From contig JAURQW010000008.1 in the NCBI GenBank assembly GCA_030835925.1, forward strand, positions 1,732 through 65,731: DNA of 64,000 nucleotides. The letters run 5' to 3'. This stretch comes from Gammaproteobacteria bacterium (GTDB lineage Bacteria; Pseudomonadota; Gammaproteobacteria; GCA-002705445; GCA-002716945). Under the pieces are notes generated by a model that was not told the origin of the DNA, did no database searches, and worked only from the letters and a program-made list of their open reading frames with translations. The translations under genes were made by a program, and so were the position numbers. Of this stretch, positions 62,393 to 64,000 are shown one piece after another; position 1 is the stretch's first letter, and every line of letters starts with the position of its first letter.

Positions 62393-62398
62393 TATCAT

Positions 62399-63148
62399 AT
62401 GTATATGGCTAACAGGAAAATACGACTAGGTGTGAATATAGATCATATTGCTTTTATAAAAACATCTAGGGAGACTTTATATCCAAATCTGCTTGATGCT
62501 GTACGTATCTCTGAGGATGCTGGTGCAGACCTTATCACCATACATCTCAGAGAAGATAGAAGACACATACAAGATAAAGACGCAACAGACATACGTCAAT
62601 ATGCAAAAGTTCTAAATTTTGAAATGGCAAATACAGATGAAATGATCAGATTTGCTATGGAGCTGAAACCTGATTATTGCTGCATAGTTCCTGAAAAGCG
62701 TGAAGAAAAAACTACTGAAGGTGGATTAAACCTAACTTCATATTCAGATACACAGTTGAAGAAACTAGAGCTTACAATTTCTAATTTTAAAAAAAATAAT
62801 ATTAAGACGTCACTCTTTATTGACCCAAGCCACGAATCAATAAATATAGCGACAGATGTTGGAGCTGAGTTAGTTGAACTTCATACTGGCAAGTATGCCA
62901 ATCTGTTTAACACGATAGATGAGTTTGAAGCTTTAGAGGAAGTGTCTTCTGCATCTAAATATGCTCATACAAAAAAATTGCTTGTAAATGCTGGACATGG
63001 TCTTAATTATGAAAATCTATCTGAAATTTGTAAACTTGATCATATCAATGAAATCAATATAGGGCATGCTATTGTTTCTCAAGCAGTTTTTACTGGTTTA
63101 AGTGATGCAATTAAAAAAATCATTAGTATAATAAACAAGCATGATTAA
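62399..63148 (+). CDS. pdxJ: pyridoxine 5'-phosphate synthase
   Basis: LGVNIDHIA, HLREDRRHI, ELHTG, NAGHGLNY. The start could instead be the ATG at 62405. Confidence 0.95.
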   Translation: MYMANRKIRLGVNIDHIAFIKTSRETLYPNLLDAVRISEDAGADLITIHLREDRRHIQDKDATDIRQYAKVLNFEMANTDEMIRFAMELKPDYCCIVPEKREEKTTEGGLNLTSYSDTQLKKLELTISNFKKNNIKTSLFIDPSHESINIATDVGAELVELHTGKYANLFNTIDEFEALEEVSSASKYAHTKKLLVNAGHGLNYENLSEICKLDHINEINIGHAIVSQAVFTGLSDAIKKIISIINKHD

Positions 63149-63518
63149 AGGAATTGGAATAGATTTGGTTGAAAATAACAGGATTAAGGATCTGTTTAAC
63201 AAATATGGTGAAAAGTTTGCAAAAAAAATTCTTTCTAATACTGAAATGAATGAATTTATTAAATCTAGTTCCCCGATTAATTATCTTTCCAAGAACTTTG
63301 CCTCTAAGGAAGCATTATCAAAGGCGTTAGGCACGGGATTATATAGAGAGGGCGTATATCCATCGCAAATCACAGTGACACATGCAGATTCTGGGAAACC
63401 ATTTTTTATAATGAATAGTTTATTAATAAAACTATTAGACAAGTTATCCGCTAATAGTCTTTTTTTGTCAATATCTGACTCTGATGAACATGCAGTTGCA
63501 ATTGTAATAATGGAATAA
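63141..63518 (+). CDS. acpS: holo-[acyl-carrier-protein] synthase
   Basis: 125 aa. IKGIGIDLVE, FASKEALSKALGTG. Conserved pdxJ-acpS pairing. Confidence 0.9.
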   Translation: MIKGIGIDLVENNRIKDLFNKYGEKFAKKILSNTEMNEFIKSSSPINYLSKNFASKEALSKALGTGLYREGVYPSQITVTHADSGKPFFIMNSLLIKLLDKLSANSLFLSISDSDEHAVAIVIME

Positions 63519-63521
63519 AAA

Positions 63522-64000
63522 ATGAAAATCAAAGATATACAAAGCACTATTGGCAATACTCCTCTTGTTAAAATTCCAACTGATCCAAATCATGGTGACA
63601 TTTTTGTTAAGTTAGAAGGTAACAATCCAGGGGGATCTGTAAAAGATAGACCGGCATTAAATATGATTTTAGACGCAGAGCTTAATGGTTCAGTCAAGCC
63701 AGGTGATACCTTGATAGAGGCAACAAGTGGTAATACTGGGATTGCATTATCAATGGTTGCTGCCATAAAAGGATATAATATTACTATTATAATGCCCGAG
63801 ACAGCATCAATTGAGAGAATAAAGACCATGGAGGCGTATGGAGCAAAAGTTCTGTTGGTTTCGAAAGAAAAGGACATGGAAGGTGCTAGGGATTTAGCAA
63901 AGAAGCTTGAGAAAGAAGGGAAAGGTCATGTCCTTGATCAATTCTCAAATAAGGCTAATTATATGGCTCATTATAAAGGTACAGGCCCAGAAATATGGGA
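63522..64000 (+). CDS. cysM: cysteine synthase B (O-acetylserine sulfhydrylase), 5' fragment running off the window; not in the ORF track
   Basis: My own translation: MKIKDIQSTIGNTPLVKI...KLEGNNPGGSVKDRPALNMI...LIEATSGNTGIALSMVAAIKGY...MEGARDLA...LDQFSNKANYMAHYKGTGPEIW. It is close to E. coli CysM, including the PLP-Lys in SVKDR. The frame stays open to base 64000. Confidence 0.88.
   Translation, partial: MKIKDIQSTIGNTPLVKIPTDPNHGDIFVKLEGNNPGGSVKDRPALNMILDAELNGSVKPGDTLIEATSGNTGIALSMVAAIKGYNITIIMPETASIERIKTMEAYGAKVLLVSKEKDMEGARDLAKKLEKEGKGHVLDQFSNKANYMAHYKGTGPEIW

Noticed and set aside
1-64000. A scan for CRISPR arrays, IS/transposase or integrase genes, prophage remnants, toxin-antitoxin pairs (for example ygfX/cptA next to sdhE), retrons or other defence islands, and for rRNA, tmRNA, RNase P, SRP and 6S RNA genes.
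   Set aside because: I found no tandem or spaced repeats and no such ORFs. sdhE is followed directly by pdxJ, with no cptA-like gene. The only non-coding gaps longer than 140 bp (4812-4971, 5245-5510, 15552-15692, 48704-48853, 58599-58753) are AT-rich promoter or tRNA regions. They are too short or too AT-rich for those RNAs.

Overview
This is a visibly AT-rich, very gene-dense chromosomal segment from a Gammaproteobacterium. The tiny intergenic spacers and many overlapping stop/start codons look like a streamlined, possibly marine, genome, but I cannot name the taxon from sequence alone. I support about 66 protein-coding genes, 2 tRNAs and one frameshifted gene. Nearly all are core housekeeping genes in well-known conserved blocks. 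Block 1 is tig-clpP-clpX-lon-hupB-(tRNA-Val, tRNA-Asp)-ppiD. Next come fabI, a yejABEF-type peptide ABC importer, and dapE-map. Block 2 is rpsB-tsf-pyrH-frr-uppS-cdsA-dxr-rseP-bamA-skp-lpxD-fabZ-lpxA ... rnhB-dnaE-accA-tilS-pyrG-kdsA-eno-ftsB-ispD-ispF. The remainder is nagZ, an MscS-family channel, mfd, aguA-aguB, lolC/E-lolD, DUF2062, msbA-lpxK-kdsB-mdh, ygfZ, sdhCDAB with flanking assembly factors, pdxJ-acpS, and a cysM 5' fragment. I saw no rRNA, CRISPR array, transposase/integrase, prophage or recognisable defence genes. I do not see a convincing brand-new multi-gene system here, so the window is mostly ordinary core genome. Six items deserve a second look. (1) An inverted gnnA/gnnB-like + lpxB operon sits inside the lipid A cluster and predicts a GlcN3N-type lipid A. 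(2) A 46-aa DUF1674/SDHAF4-like ORF, missed by the ORF track, directly abuts sdhC, with sdhE after sdhB. (3) A frameshifted periplasmic rhodanese follows a small secreted-peptide ORF. (4) A terminator hairpin ends 3 nt from the mfd start codon. (5) A 25-bp divergent aguA/lolC gap holds an extended -10 box placed for a leaderless lolC mRNA. (6) All six convergent gene junctions lack any intergenic space. All function calls rest on motifs read by eye and on gene order; no database search was run.
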